Source of the DNA: an uncultured virus (IMG/VR IMGVR_UViG_3300025913_000002)
Taxonomy: Duplodnaviria; Heunggongvirae; Uroviricota; Caudoviricetes
Virus record (IMG/VR): IMGVR_UViG_3300025913_000002
DNA length: 20,000 bases
Direction: 5' to 3' (one strand)
In this document: in pieces, positions 1-8,266 of the stretch
Layout: each line of letters begins with the position of its first letter
How positions within the stretch are numbered: the stretch's first letter is position 1
Translations under genes and position numbers: made by a program
Notes under the pieces: generated by a model
The model's input: only the letters and a program-made list of their open reading frames with translations
Databases searched by the model: none
What the model was told of the DNA's origin: nothing

Positions 1-574
1 ACTGCCCGCCATCCTTCAGCAGCCGTTTGCATTCGGTCAGGAACGGACCGGGATCGTGAATGTGCTCAAAGAGGTCGAGCGCGACGATCAGAGAAAACGA
101 GCCGGGATTGATCCGCGCCGTAACCTCCGGGAAGTACCCGAACATTAAGTGCGCTTCCGGCCCCGCCGTTTCCTGGATGTACTCGCGGTACGAGCGATCA
201 ACGTCGATCCCGAAGACAGGCGTAAACCCGGCATCGTGAAGCCTGCGAAGGAGGTTCCCAGGAGCGCAGGCGATTTCAAGCGCGCCCCCGCCCGCTCCCT
301 CGATCTGCCCCATCACGTACTCGTTCTTCGTGACGCCGCACTCGTGGTGACTGTCTACGTTGAAGGACTGCTCGGCGATTGTGGAACGACCATTCTCGTG
401 CGTCCAGTAGTCACGCTCGTAGATCGCCGCAGGGTCCACTGGAGCCATGCTGACGTACGTCCCACACAGCGTGCAGATTTGATAGTCCTGCACGCTGCAC
501 GGGCACAGATTGTGTGCGCATGGGATGATCGGTGTACGCGGGTCTTCGGCTATCGGCGCTGCTTTTCTCCTCAT
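1..574 (-). CDS. Class I SAM-dependent methyltransferase (Methyltransf_23-like), 3' end off-window
   Basis: Not in the ORF track; translated by hand from the ATG at 574 (ATGA overlap with upstream stop): MRRKAAPIAEDPRTPIIPCAHNLCPCSVQDYQICTLCGTY...IYERDYW...ALEIACAPGNLL...VFGIDVD...FSLIVALDLFEHIHDPGPFLTECKRLLKDGG. Motif I, the acidic motif, the xEH motif and LKxGG are present, plus an N-terminal Cys cluster. Confidence 0.88.
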   Translation of the reverse strand, partial: MRRKAAPIAEDPRTPIIPCAHNLCPCSVQDYQICTLCGTYVSMAPVDPAAIYERDYWTHENGRSTIAEQSFNVDSHHECGVTKNEYVMGQIEGAGGGALEIACAPGNLLRRLHDAGFTPVFGIDVDRSYREYIQETAGPEAHLMFGYFPEVTARINPGSFSLIVALDLFEHIHDPGPFLTECKRLLKDGGQ

Positions 575-1119
575 CCTGGCACCTGCGGTTCCGGGACCGG
601 CTTTCTGCCGATGTACAGGATACTGTAGCAGTCCGGGTTGTCATCTACGAAGTCGTCGCGGATCGCTTCGTAGGTATGCAGGTAGGCGGTCAGTTCTCCG
701 ACGTGGCTCTCGTGTCGGTGATTCCCGTTGTCGCAGTCGTAGGGCGGGTTCGCCTCCAATCCGCGCAGGACGTTGCGCCGAAAACGCAACCGGTCCGGGA
801 CCGCAATCAGCATGTACCCGCCCGGCTTCAGCACCCGATCCCACTCGCGCAGGACCGGCCCCCAGTCCGCGAAGTCTTCGAGGAGGTGGCTCGCGTGCAC
901 GAAGTCGAGGGTGTGATCCTTGAACGGCAGGTCAGTCGCGTCGCCCTGGTAGTGGATGTTGCCACGCTCCCGGTTCGGGTTATACGACTTGAACTGCTCG
1001 TCGGGGAGGTCGAGCTGGATCGCCCACGGCGCGATTGGAGACCCGTCGCTGCCAAGATCGACGCCGTTCCCTTGAACGTACTCGGTCACAAGATGACGAT
1101 GCCTGTCTGTCTCGCTCAT
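571..1119 (-). CDS. Class I SAM-dependent methyltransferase (Methyltransf_11-like)
   Basis: GVDLGSDG, GDATDLPFKDHTLDFVHASHLLEDF and EWDRVLKPGGYMLIAVPD; overlaps both neighbouring genes by 4 nt. Confidence 0.9.
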   Translation of the reverse strand: MSETDRHRHLVTEYVQGNGVDLGSDGSPIAPWAIQLDLPDEQFKSYNPNRERGNIHYQGDATDLPFKDHTLDFVHASHLLEDFADWGPVLREWDRVLKPGGYMLIAVPDRLRFRRNVLRGLEANPPYDCDNGNHRHESHVGELTAYLHTYEAIRDDFVDDNPDCYSILYIGRKPVPEPQVPG

Positions 1120-1307
1120 CGTCCCGTCTCGACTTTCTGCAGACGGGCTTCCGTCAACAGTATTGGGAATAACGTCTCCATCTCAAGTAACTGAGTGTAG
1201 CGCTCCCTCGTGATAGTTACGCCGACCACTCCTTCAACCAGTTTGGAAAGTCGTTCGACTTCACGCTCCAATTCTGACAATCTGTCGTTCGTACTTGGTT
1301 TTCTCAT
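1116..1307 (-). CDS. Small hypothetical protein, N-terminal coiled-coil-like
   Basis: Fills the gap exactly, with TGATG/ATGA overlaps; RLSELEREVERLSKLVE heptad pattern. Confidence 0.7.
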   Translation of the reverse strand: MRKPSTNDRLSELEREVERLSKLVEGVVGVTITRERYTQLLEMETLFPILLTEARLQKVETGR

Positions 1308-2017
1308 CAGTCGCCGCCTCCTATTCGGCCCTTGATCCTCTCCATCAGCCCGAGAAACAGCATGTGAAGGATCACCATGTGAACGTCTTCCGCTTGCTGC
1401 ATACTCTCGGTGGGAACGTGGATCGAGATGTCAACCGTCTTCGCCAGCACGCCGCCGTCGAAGCCTGAAAGTCCGATCGTCGTCACACATTCACTCTCAC
1501 TCGCGACCTGTACGGCGTTGAGAACATTCGCGCTGTTCCCGCTCCCCGACACGGCCACCAGGACCGCCCCGCATTCGTTCCACGTTGCCACTTGCGGGGC
1601 AAAGACGTTCGACCATGCGCTGTCGTTGGCCCATGCGCTCACAAGCGGCGTAGCGTCGTTCAGACAGATCGCCTTCAGCGGCTTGCCGGTCTCTAGGCCG
1701 ATATTCTTTTGCAGATCATTAACGATGTGGGAACATGATGACCCGCTACCGCCGTTGCCGCAGAACATGACGACTTTGTTGTTTTGCCAGGCTCCGTAGA
1801 GTGCGTCTACAGCCTTAATCACCTCGAATATGTCTATCCACTGTACAAGCGTCGCAACCTGCTCGCTGTACTTCACAAAGCGCCGAACAATCGGACTATC
1901 TGTGCCGTACTGTCCGTATCCCTCGTGCTGAGACATCTTGGTGCACTCTTGCAATTTCTGTTTGAGGCGTACTCGTTTGTCGCCCCTCAATTCCTCCGAA
2001 ATCTCTGGTAAAGCCAT
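1307..2017 (-). CDS. gmhA: SIS-domain phosphoheptose (sedoheptulose-7-phosphate) isomerase
   Basis: CGNGGSGSSCSHIVNDL, SAWAND, SGSGNSANVLNA, GLSGFDGG and MQQAEDVHMVILH match GmhA motifs. AGGAGG lies upstream of ATG 2017 (the ORF track extends to 2044). Confidence 0.88.
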   Translation of the reverse strand: MALPEISEELRGDKRVRLKQKLQECTKMSQHEGYGQYGTDSPIVRRFVKYSEQVATLVQWIDIFEVIKAVDALYGAWQNNKVVMFCGNGGSGSSCSHIVNDLQKNIGLETGKPLKAICLNDATPLVSAWANDSAWSNVFAPQVATWNECGAVLVAVSGSGNSANVLNAVQVASESECVTTIGLSGFDGGVLAKTVDISIHVPTESMQQAEDVHMVILHMLFLGLMERIKGRIGGGD

Positions 2018-2040
2018 CGTTCCGCCGCCTCCTACACGGC

Positions 2041-3591
2041 TCACGCGCTGATGTTACTCCCCTGGCTCGCGTCAACAAGCAGCGAACTCGCTTCGCCTGC
2101 AGTATCCGCACTCGTCGGGGTCATCCCCTTCGCCTGCATCGCGATGATCTTCGCTTCCGTCTCCTGCTTCTGCGTCAACGACTCCGCCTGAACGGTCTTG
2201 ATCTCGTTCGGCGGAATTTTCTCCGCCCGCGCTACCCGCTCGACGCCGCGAGCGTGCGGCAGGAGGTGGTTGTTGACCTGGCTTATCGTCCGGTCGGTCG
2301 TTGCCTGCAAATCCCTCGGCGTCTCTGCGAAGTACGTGGGCCAATCGCACGAGACTTCCATCTCCGGGTCCCACGTCCGAATTTGTGGAAATCCGCCCAT
2401 GTTCTGCAGGGCGGTCAGGACCTGGTGAAAGAAGAGGCACAGGCCAGACGCGCCCCAGAGTTCGCGCTTGCGATCGGCGGTCGCGATCGTCCGGGAAAAC
2501 GTCATCGCGAAAGCCAGGCTCGTCATGTTCCCTTTGTTCGTGATCGCGGCAGGGTCCACCCGCGAACGGCCAACGCCCCGGTACAGCAAATCCTCCATCC
2601 GGTCGGCGTATGATCCGCTGTATGCGCGCGCCGCCCCGGAGGGTTCCAGCAGTTTCGCGTCGGCCCGGACATCCGGGTTATCGTTACGAATGCTCAGTGG
2701 TTCACCGGGCAGCAGCGGCCCCTCGTTATCGACATCTGCATTCGTGACCACCAGGTTCGGCTCGCTGTGCATCTGGTTGCCGCGATCTTCGCCGTGCATC
2801 GTGAGGGCGATACGATCGATCAGGCGAAACACGCGCCAGCAGTCGCCTTCTCCGAGCGGATTACCGGCCACGGCTTTGTTGCGAATGACCGTGATCGGAA
2901 TGACGCCGAGCGGGTTCTCCTCCTCGCTCTCGATCTGCCAGCGTCCTGGGTCGTCGGTGTCGCCAAGGTGCGTCCTGTAGCCGGGCAGGGAACCGATCCC
3001 CGCAATATCCGACGCGCCTGCAGGCAGCGGCACGTACTTGACGAACTTCTCGTCTGTCCACTCCTCGCGGTAGTAGTACCAGTTGCCGTCGGTAAGGCTC
3101 CGGTACGGGTACTGGATGCGCGCCATAAGTAGGTTCAGGCGGTCGTGCGGGTCGATCCAGACGCGACACTCGGTCGGGATCTTCAAGAAACTGATCTTGA
3201 CCGGGCAAGCCTTGTCATTCGGATCGACCATGAACTTCGCCGCGAGCGCGCCCTGGTTGCCTGCGTCCTCCGCGAGCGGGATGTACTGGCTCGGCAATCC
3301 GTTGCGCTTGATGATCGTCTGCAGGAAGTCGTCGAGGTTCGGGTCGTCCGGGACCGAGAAGGTCGGGACGCCGTTCCTGAACGTGAATTCCGCGAGTTCC
3401 GAGACCATCATGCCCACGTAGGGTAGGGGCGTCGGCTGCGGCCCCTTTTCTCTCGGCCACTGGCTCGTGCCGAACGCGTGGGTCGGGTACGGGCGCATGT
3501 TATAGTAGTCAAACGACTGCCAGGCGGCGAGTGCGGTTTCCAACTGAAACGGGGCAGGCGTCGTCGTGTTTATGAGATCGTTACCGGTCAC
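2041..3591 (-). CDS. Phage portal protein (SPP1 gp6-like)
   Basis: 516 aa directly downstream of TerL; ENPLGVIPITVIRN, PLGEGD and LIDRI segments resemble SPP1-type portals; position supports the call. Confidence 0.78.
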   Translation of the reverse strand: MTGNDLINTTTPAPFQLETALAAWQSFDYYNMRPYPTHAFGTSQWPREKGPQPTPLPYVGMMVSELAEFTFRNGVPTFSVPDDPNLDDFLQTIIKRNGLPSQYIPLAEDAGNQGALAAKFMVDPNDKACPVKISFLKIPTECRVWIDPHDRLNLLMARIQYPYRSLTDGNWYYYREEWTDEKFVKYVPLPAGASDIAGIGSLPGYRTHLGDTDDPGRWQIESEEENPLGVIPITVIRNKAVAGNPLGEGDCWRVFRLIDRIALTMHGEDRGNQMHSEPNLVVTNADVDNEGPLLPGEPLSIRNDNPDVRADAKLLEPSGAARAYSGSYADRMEDLLYRGVGRSRVDPAAITNKGNMTSLAFAMTFSRTIATADRKRELWGASGLCLFFHQVLTALQNMGGFPQIRTWDPEMEVSCDWPTYFAETPRDLQATTDRTISQVNNHLLPHARGVERVARAEKIPPNEIKTVQAESLTQKQETEAKIIAMQAKGMTPTSADTAGEASSLLVDASQGSNISA

Positions 3592-3603
3592 GCGCGCCCC
3601 TTC

Positions 3604-5142
3604 TCAAGCAAACGTAAACTTATTCCGAACCTTGCCGCTCGCCCGCTCGACCCGGTTCACCTGTGGCGGAAGTGCGAACGCCAGATTGAGCGCGTCCGCG
3701 TCGTCCGGGCTTCTCTTGATCCGCTTCTTCGTGTCCGCCTTCTTTTCGACTTCGCGACGGCCCTGGCTGTCCACCTTCCATGTCGGCGACATGCACTGGG
3801 AGCGCAGGAGGGACTTGGAGTGGGGGGTCAGGCGCGATAGGTCGAGGTCGCCCGCATCGGCTCTCTCGGCGACCGTAAACCACAACTCCGACCGCTTGTT
3901 CGGATAGTCCTTACGCGCAACTGCGTTGTTCGCGCTGTTGATTTCCTTGAAATCGTAGGGGCCGCGCAGGTCCACGACGCCTCCCTGAACGTCGTCGATC
4001 TGGCACTTGACCTGGTGCGGACTCTCACCCTTCGCGTGGAAGCGCTCCGCGAGCTGCTTGAGACGGCCAGCAATCTGCAGGTTATCCCAGCCGTTGTGCG
4101 TCTCGTGGTGCAGGACACAGCAATCGCGGCGCACGATGAAGCTCGTGAAGTCGTCGCCGAAACGCGCCTTGTCGCACCCGATAAACGTCGTTCCTTCTTC
4201 CGGCAACTCCTGCTCGTGCATGGCTGCCTGCCACGCCGCATCACTCCAGACCGAGGTTGCACCGGTAGACGGCCACCTGCCCAGCAACCGGCTCTCGCCG
4301 AGCGGCCCAGGCCGGTACCACGTCCCGCTCCCTTTCGGAAACTCGAAGTCCCGGCTCCTCTTGTCCTCGTGGCTGACCGGCTCGCACCACTCCCGGATGC
4401 GCCCCTCCACCCAGTCGAGGTCAACCGCCTTAGGGAAGGGCTTCGGCTTGCCTGCGAGTTCAGCGGCGATATTCGGGTGGTCGAGGCACGAGATGTCAAT
4501 GACGTGCCACTTGCCGGAGCTGATGCATTCGTCGTACGCGACTGACGAGGTGTCGGTCGGATTGCAGAGCGCCAGCCAGTACGCGACATCCGAAGACATC
4601 ATCGCCTCGCCCGCTATCCAGTAATCCGACTGGATGCCCACGCACTCATCGTAGAGCAGGAATACCGCCTGCTCGTGCCGTCCCTGGAAAGCCGCGTCAC
4701 TGGAGGCCGTCAAGCCCATCGCGACATGATCGGGGCTGCTCTCCATCCTCGGCGCTTTCGGCAACATGCAGTGACGGAGCGACGGCGGCCGCTGCAGTCG
4801 TATCTCTTTCCAGATGACATCGACCACAGAGTTCTTTGTCGGGGCCGTCGTGATGCACTGTCCGACCGGATAGGCGTCGTAGAACCAGTTCACGAGGCCG
4901 CCCGCAAGGTGGGACTTCCCTACACTGTGTCCGGCCTTGACCAGCACTCTCTTGTGCTTCAGGAGCGCCTCGACAATCTCGACCTGCTTCGGCCACCACA
5001 CGACCTTCAGGACTTCACGCGCGTACGTCACCGGATCGGTCCGGTACTCCTGGCACGCGATGTCGGCCACGAGGCGCGACGAGAGGTCCGAGAACCACGA
5101 TTGGGCGAGCGTGCGGCCGTCTTTTAGTGTGGCTGCTGGCAT
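3604..5142 (-). CDS. terL: Terminase large subunit
   Basis: Walker A VKAGHSVGKS, Walker B FLLYDE, motif III LCNPT, nuclease motifs IGCDKARFGDD and SPDDADAL. Confidence 0.93.
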   Translation of the reverse strand: MPAATLKDGRTLAQSWFSDLSSRLVADIACQEYRTDPVTYAREVLKVVWWPKQVEIVEALLKHKRVLVKAGHSVGKSHLAGGLVNWFYDAYPVGQCITTAPTKNSVVDVIWKEIRLQRPPSLRHCMLPKAPRMESSPDHVAMGLTASSDAAFQGRHEQAVFLLYDECVGIQSDYWIAGEAMMSSDVAYWLALCNPTDTSSVAYDECISSGKWHVIDISCLDHPNIAAELAGKPKPFPKAVDLDWVEGRIREWCEPVSHEDKRSRDFEFPKGSGTWYRPGPLGESRLLGRWPSTGATSVWSDAAWQAAMHEQELPEEGTTFIGCDKARFGDDFTSFIVRRDCCVLHHETHNGWDNLQIAGRLKQLAERFHAKGESPHQVKCQIDDVQGGVVDLRGPYDFKEINSANNAVARKDYPNKRSELWFTVAERADAGDLDLSRLTPHSKSLLRSQCMSPTWKVDSQGRREVEKKADTKKRIKRSPDDADALNLAFALPPQVNRVERASGKVRNKFTFA

Positions 5143-5384
5143 CAGACGATCTGCAATCCCTGCATCGGCCCTCGATAGATCGCATCAACGAACGGCTGGA
5201 ACACAATATCGCGCCAGTTCGTCCCCCACAGCACCTTTTGTTCGATCTCGTAATTTTCGAGTTGAAACGCCTTACTCAACTGCTCGTTAAGCGCGGAGCA
5301 AATTGCATCGCGGATTTGCTGGATGGCTTCCTTCTTCATCTTTCGAATATCGTCGTCAATGAACTCATCGATTGGGTTTAGCAC
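5142..5384 (-). CDS. Hypothetical protein
   Basis: 80 aa; its stop overlaps the terL ATG. Confidence 0.6.
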   Translation of the reverse strand: MLNPIDEFIDDDIRKMKKEAIQQIRDAICSALNEQLSKAFQLENYEIEQKVLWGTNWRDIVFQPFVDAIYRGPMQGLQIV

Positions 5385-5502
5385 GCCTCACAATCCCCCT
5401 CAAAAACCACCACTGGCACAGCACGTCCATGTCCGCAACCGTCTGCATACGGGCGTACGGGGTCTTCAGGAAGGCTTGCCAGATGCGGTCGCGGTGGGTC
5501 AC
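5365..5502 (-). CDS. Small hypothetical protein (45 aa)
   Basis: Hand-translated, below the track cutoff: GTG overlapping the upstream TGA, (M)THRDRIWQAFLKTPYARMQTVADMDVLCQWWFLRGIVRRAKPNR; fills the operon gap. Confidence 0.45.
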   Translation of the reverse strand: MTHRDRIWQAFLKTPYARMQTVADMDVLCQWWFLRGIVRRAKPNR

Positions 5503-5786
5503 TTGTTGTAATTCACGCGCCAGCACGCGCCTTTCAACTCAGGATCGACAAGCACCGGCAGCCCCATCAACCCCTTCACGTCTGTGGTTCTCACAAAACC
5601 TTCTTCACGCAGGTTCGCCTTGAACAAGTCGATGTAGTCAGGATGGACCGAAACCGAAACCGCCATCGCAGGCATTCGGTCGGCGAACCAATCCATGATC
5701 TGCTTAACGGTTTCCAGCGAGCAAGGCTCAGTCGCGGCATCTGAATAGGTACTGTTCGTGAAGTCGATCACTTCAATCCATCCCAC
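5499..5786 (-). CDS. Hypothetical protein
   Basis: 95 aa within the tightly packed minus-strand run. Confidence 0.6.
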   Translation of the reverse strand: MGWIEVIDFTNSTYSDAATEPCSLETVKQIMDWFADRMPAMAVSVSVHPDYIDLFKANLREEGFVRTTDVKGLMGLPVLVDPELKGACWRVNYNK

Positions 5787-6040
5787 CGCTTAAACGTCAC
5801 CATCGGGACTTCCGGCACTTCCGCGTACTCCGGCACCAACTCGTATGCCGCACTGTGAATAAACACCTGAAAGCAGTTCCGCATGGCGTCGTACGACGAT
5901 CCGACCGCGCGGGCATCTTCCGGCAGCGCATTCCCGATCACCTGCCACGGCTCGTTCGACCGGCACATTAAGACGAGCATTTCCGGCGTCACCGGCATTC
6001 GCATGACACGGCGGTCTGTGTGTTCGCGCTTGATTATCAT
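5768..6040 (-). CDS. Hypothetical phage protein
   Basis: ATG 6040 with GAGGTG RBS and ATGA overlap; MIIKREHTDRRVMRMPVTPEML...NALPEDARAVGSSYD. Confidence 0.7.
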   Translation of the reverse strand: MIIKREHTDRRVMRMPVTPEMLVLMCRSNEPWQVIGNALPEDARAVGSSYDAMRNCFQVFIHSAAYELVPEYAEVPEVPMVTFKRWDGLK

Positions 6041-6291
6041 CGTTTCACCTCGCGATACTCCAGACACCGGCGGCAGTAGAACAAATCAACGTCGCCGATC
6101 CGTATCTTCTTGTCCGATTCAGGAACATCAGCAAGGACAGTATCTGACCGTAAATGCTCGAAATAGTGCTCGCACGGCTTCGTCGGCCGCTGACCGATCG
6201 GAATGCCGTCGGGCACAATCTCCGTCACGCTCGATGACGGTGGAACACGATCCTCTGGCTTCGCAGTATTGATTGGTCGGTATCCGGTCAT
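6037..6291 (-). CDS. Small protein with possible zinc ribbon (CxH...CxxC)
   Basis: ATG 6291 overlaps the upstream stop; KPCEHYFE...FYCRRCLE. Confidence 0.65.
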   Translation of the reverse strand: MTGYRPINTAKPEDRVPPSSSVTEIVPDGIPIGQRPTKPCEHYFEHLRSDTVLADVPESDKKIRIGDVDLFYCRRCLEYREVKR

Positions 6292-6866
6292 TCCGCCACC
6301 ACTTTCCCGACATACCGCCGCCCGTAATGATCCACAAGCCGAACCTCCCAGACACCCTCGACTTCCAGCGTTTCGACCACCTTGAGCGGAATATCCGGTC
6401 GTTGTTTCTCGATCTTCGCTGGACCGTCCGGCGGCGTCTTGATGTGCCAGTTCCAACTCTTGTCCGCGCGGCGCTTGCCGATTGGCCACTTCTCGGCGAC
6501 CCAGCCACACCGCCGAACGTCGTTGAAGACCTTCGACCCGAACTTCCGCTTGAAAGCCTTCGCAAACTGGATTTCGTTGCCGAAACGCCTGCGTGCCTGG
6601 CTGTAGGCGTCTCCCTGGCAGAAGCAGGACCGGAGCCGCGTCTGAGCCTCCACGTCACGCACCGCGCTTATCGCCGCAAACACCTCTTCGTCAGAACTCT
6701 CTGACGAAACACTCATCCCGATCTCGTGAACACGGACAGCGTGACCCGTCAGCGCATCCACGATCACATTCTTGACACGCAAACCCATAGCAGGTACACT
6801 TGAACCGTCGGTCGTTGTAGCCAGCACTGCAACCTCCTTCACGTTATAAGAGCCGATCCTCCGCAA
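6288..6866 (-). CDS. Hypothetical protein (start uncertain)
   Basis: 192-aa frame coupled to the downstream gene; TTG start without a clear RBS, and the frame is open back to about 6924. Confidence 0.6.
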   Translation of the reverse strand: MRRIGSYNVKEVAVLATTTDGSSVPAMGLRVKNVIVDALTGHAVRVHEIGMSVSSESSDEEVFAAISAVRDVEAQTRLRSCFCQGDAYSQARRRFGNEIQFAKAFKRKFGSKVFNDVRRCGWVAEKWPIGKRRADKSWNWHIKTPPDGPAKIEKQRPDIPLKVVETLEVEGVWEVRLVDHYGRRYVGKVVAE

Positions 6867-7194
6867 AAGGATCGGCTCTCGTTGTTTCTTTACCCAAACT
6901 CTGTTCAGAGTCTGAACACTTTTCTAACCTTCTAAAACGCGCACGCGCGCTATCTACACTGTATTAGTATATTAACTCTCTAATACATAGGCAGAACAGA
7001 ATTCCCAAGGTGGTACTAATCCGCCACCATCGCCGTATTTACGATCCAACCTCGACCGAAAAATTACCGCGACTTTTTTGGGGGTCGTTTCCCACCACGG
7101 CCTACCCCCTCGCCGTTCATGACGCCACGGGTACCGGGTAGGGGTCCTGACTTGCAGCCACGCGTCTACTGTTAGGAATGACTGGTACTAGACT

Positions 7195-7222
7195 ACGTAA
7201 CATACCGTTTATTATCGGACGT
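7195..7222 (-). other. dif-like XerC/XerD recombination site (11-6-11 bp)
   Basis: Minus strand ACGTCCGATAA-TAAACG-GTATGTTACGT versus E. coli dif GGTGCGCATAA-TGTATA-TTATGTTAAAT; intergenic. Confidence 0.65.
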
Positions 7223-7256
7223 TGCGCACACGTGATAACTGCAGACGTGTGTCTGC

Positions 7257-7949
7257 CTACTTTGGAGGGGCGTTGACCAGTTGCGCAAGCTCGCGACTGA
7301 TGCCGTCAAGGGCTTTCGGGTCCGTCACGTGCGTACGTATGATGTGAGTTACCGCGCCGAGCATAACCATTGCCTGCTGTACGCTTATCATTTGCTGGCT
7401 GTCTACGAGGTGTTTCCGCTCGCTCTCCTTCAGCAGCCGTATTTCCTGCGTTATCTGGCGTAACTCTTGCCACGCAGCCCGCTCGTTGTATCCTGCGTCT
7501 ATCGCATCCAGGATGGCATTTAAGGCGCGTTCGCGTGTCTGTGCTGCATCCTTGCCAAAGGCGTTACGGTAGGTCTGTGCGTGGTCGTGAAGGGCTTGCC
7601 AGAGCGCTCCACTCTCCTCTTGTGAAGTGGCGGATAGTACATCCCAGAAGCGTGCCTGAAGCAGAGCAATAGCAGATGTGAGCGAAAGGATGTTCGGATC
7701 GTTCATCGATTCACGGTAGCTGTCCTGCAGTCTAGCCGGGATGAACTTGCTACTGCCACCATGTTTATAGGTAGCAGATGCGATACCGCCAGGCGACCTT
7801 CCGCCGTGGTGATAGCAGACCGACTTGCCTATCATCGCGGGTCGTCCGCACGGTCCTCCGTGGCGTTTTGACTTTGCTGTACACATCCGATTGACACCGG
7901 GTGTCTGTTGTGACATAGACTGTTGCACGGCTATCGCCAGGTCTTCCAC
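7257..7949 (-). CDS. HGGxSTG-domain protein, candidate terminase small subunit
   Basis: CTAKSKRHGGPCGRPAMIGKSVCYHHGGRSPGG...YKHG followed by a helical C-terminus; same strand and upstream of terL. Confidence 0.72.
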   Translation of the reverse strand: MEDLAIAVQQSMSQQTPGVNRMCTAKSKRHGGPCGRPAMIGKSVCYHHGGRSPGGIASATYKHGGSSKFIPARLQDSYRESMNDPNILSLTSAIALLQARFWDVLSATSQEESGALWQALHDHAQTYRNAFGKDAAQTRERALNAILDAIDAGYNERAAWQELRQITQEIRLLKESERKHLVDSQQMISVQQAMVMLGAVTHIIRTHVTDPKALDGISRELAQLVNAPPK

Positions 7950-7971
7950 GGTATTACCTATCCCTCATTAT

Positions 7972-8000
7972 TTGACAAACCCTAACAGATAGTGTATCCT
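7972..8000 (+). promoter_or_regulatory. Sigma70 promoter with CTAACAGATAG operator-like box
   Basis: TTGACA-17 nt-TATCCT; GGAGG and ATG 8023 follow. Confidence 0.75.
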
Positions 8001-8022
8001 CTTATACGGAGGATTATCGACA

Positions 8023-8226
8023 ATGGACGAAACCGAGAAAATTCGCGAAGTGATGTCTATCCTCGGATCGCGAACATCCGAGAAGAAGAAGAAACAGAGT
8101 GCCGACAACGGCCGCGCTTCTGCTGATCTCCAACGTGGCCGCGTATTCAGCGCCGAGACGCGCGCCAAGATGAAGGCAGCGCAAGCGGCACGGCGAGCGC
8201 GAGAAGCGGCCGAAGAGACCACCTAG
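8023..8226 (+). CDS. Small basic DNA-binding protein with NUMOD3-like motif
   Basis: GGAGG RBS; GRVFSAETRAKMKAAQ resembles NUMOD3; N-terminal GSRTSEKKKKQSADNGR basic segment. Confidence 0.7.
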   Translation: MDETEKIREVMSILGSRTSEKKKKQSADNGRASADLQRGRVFSAETRAKMKAAQAARRAREAAEETT

Positions 8227-8266
8227 GTTTTTTTCAACTATTTTCTACATGTAGACAAAATATGTC

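Noticed and set aside
571..1119. DNA adenine methyltransferase (NPPY appears in the sequence)
   Set aside because: NPPY falls after the LKPGG...VPD segment rather than at motif IV; the overall pattern is a small-molecule Methyltransf_11 type.
1307..2017. DiaA replication factor instead of GmhA
   Set aside because: DiaA is a close SIS homologue and cannot be strictly excluded, but the methyltransferase context and C-terminal E-D-x-H motif favour a sugar isomerase.
149..6775. Many plus-strand ORFs of 60-220 aa
   Set aside because: Antisense shadows of a contiguous, motif-supported minus-strand operon in GC-rich DNA.
8221..8235. Terminator ACCTAGGT-T-run after the 67-aa gene
   Set aside because: The palindrome is too short to form a stable stem-loop; its similarity to the ACCTAG of the 11442 repeat is only 6-7 nt.
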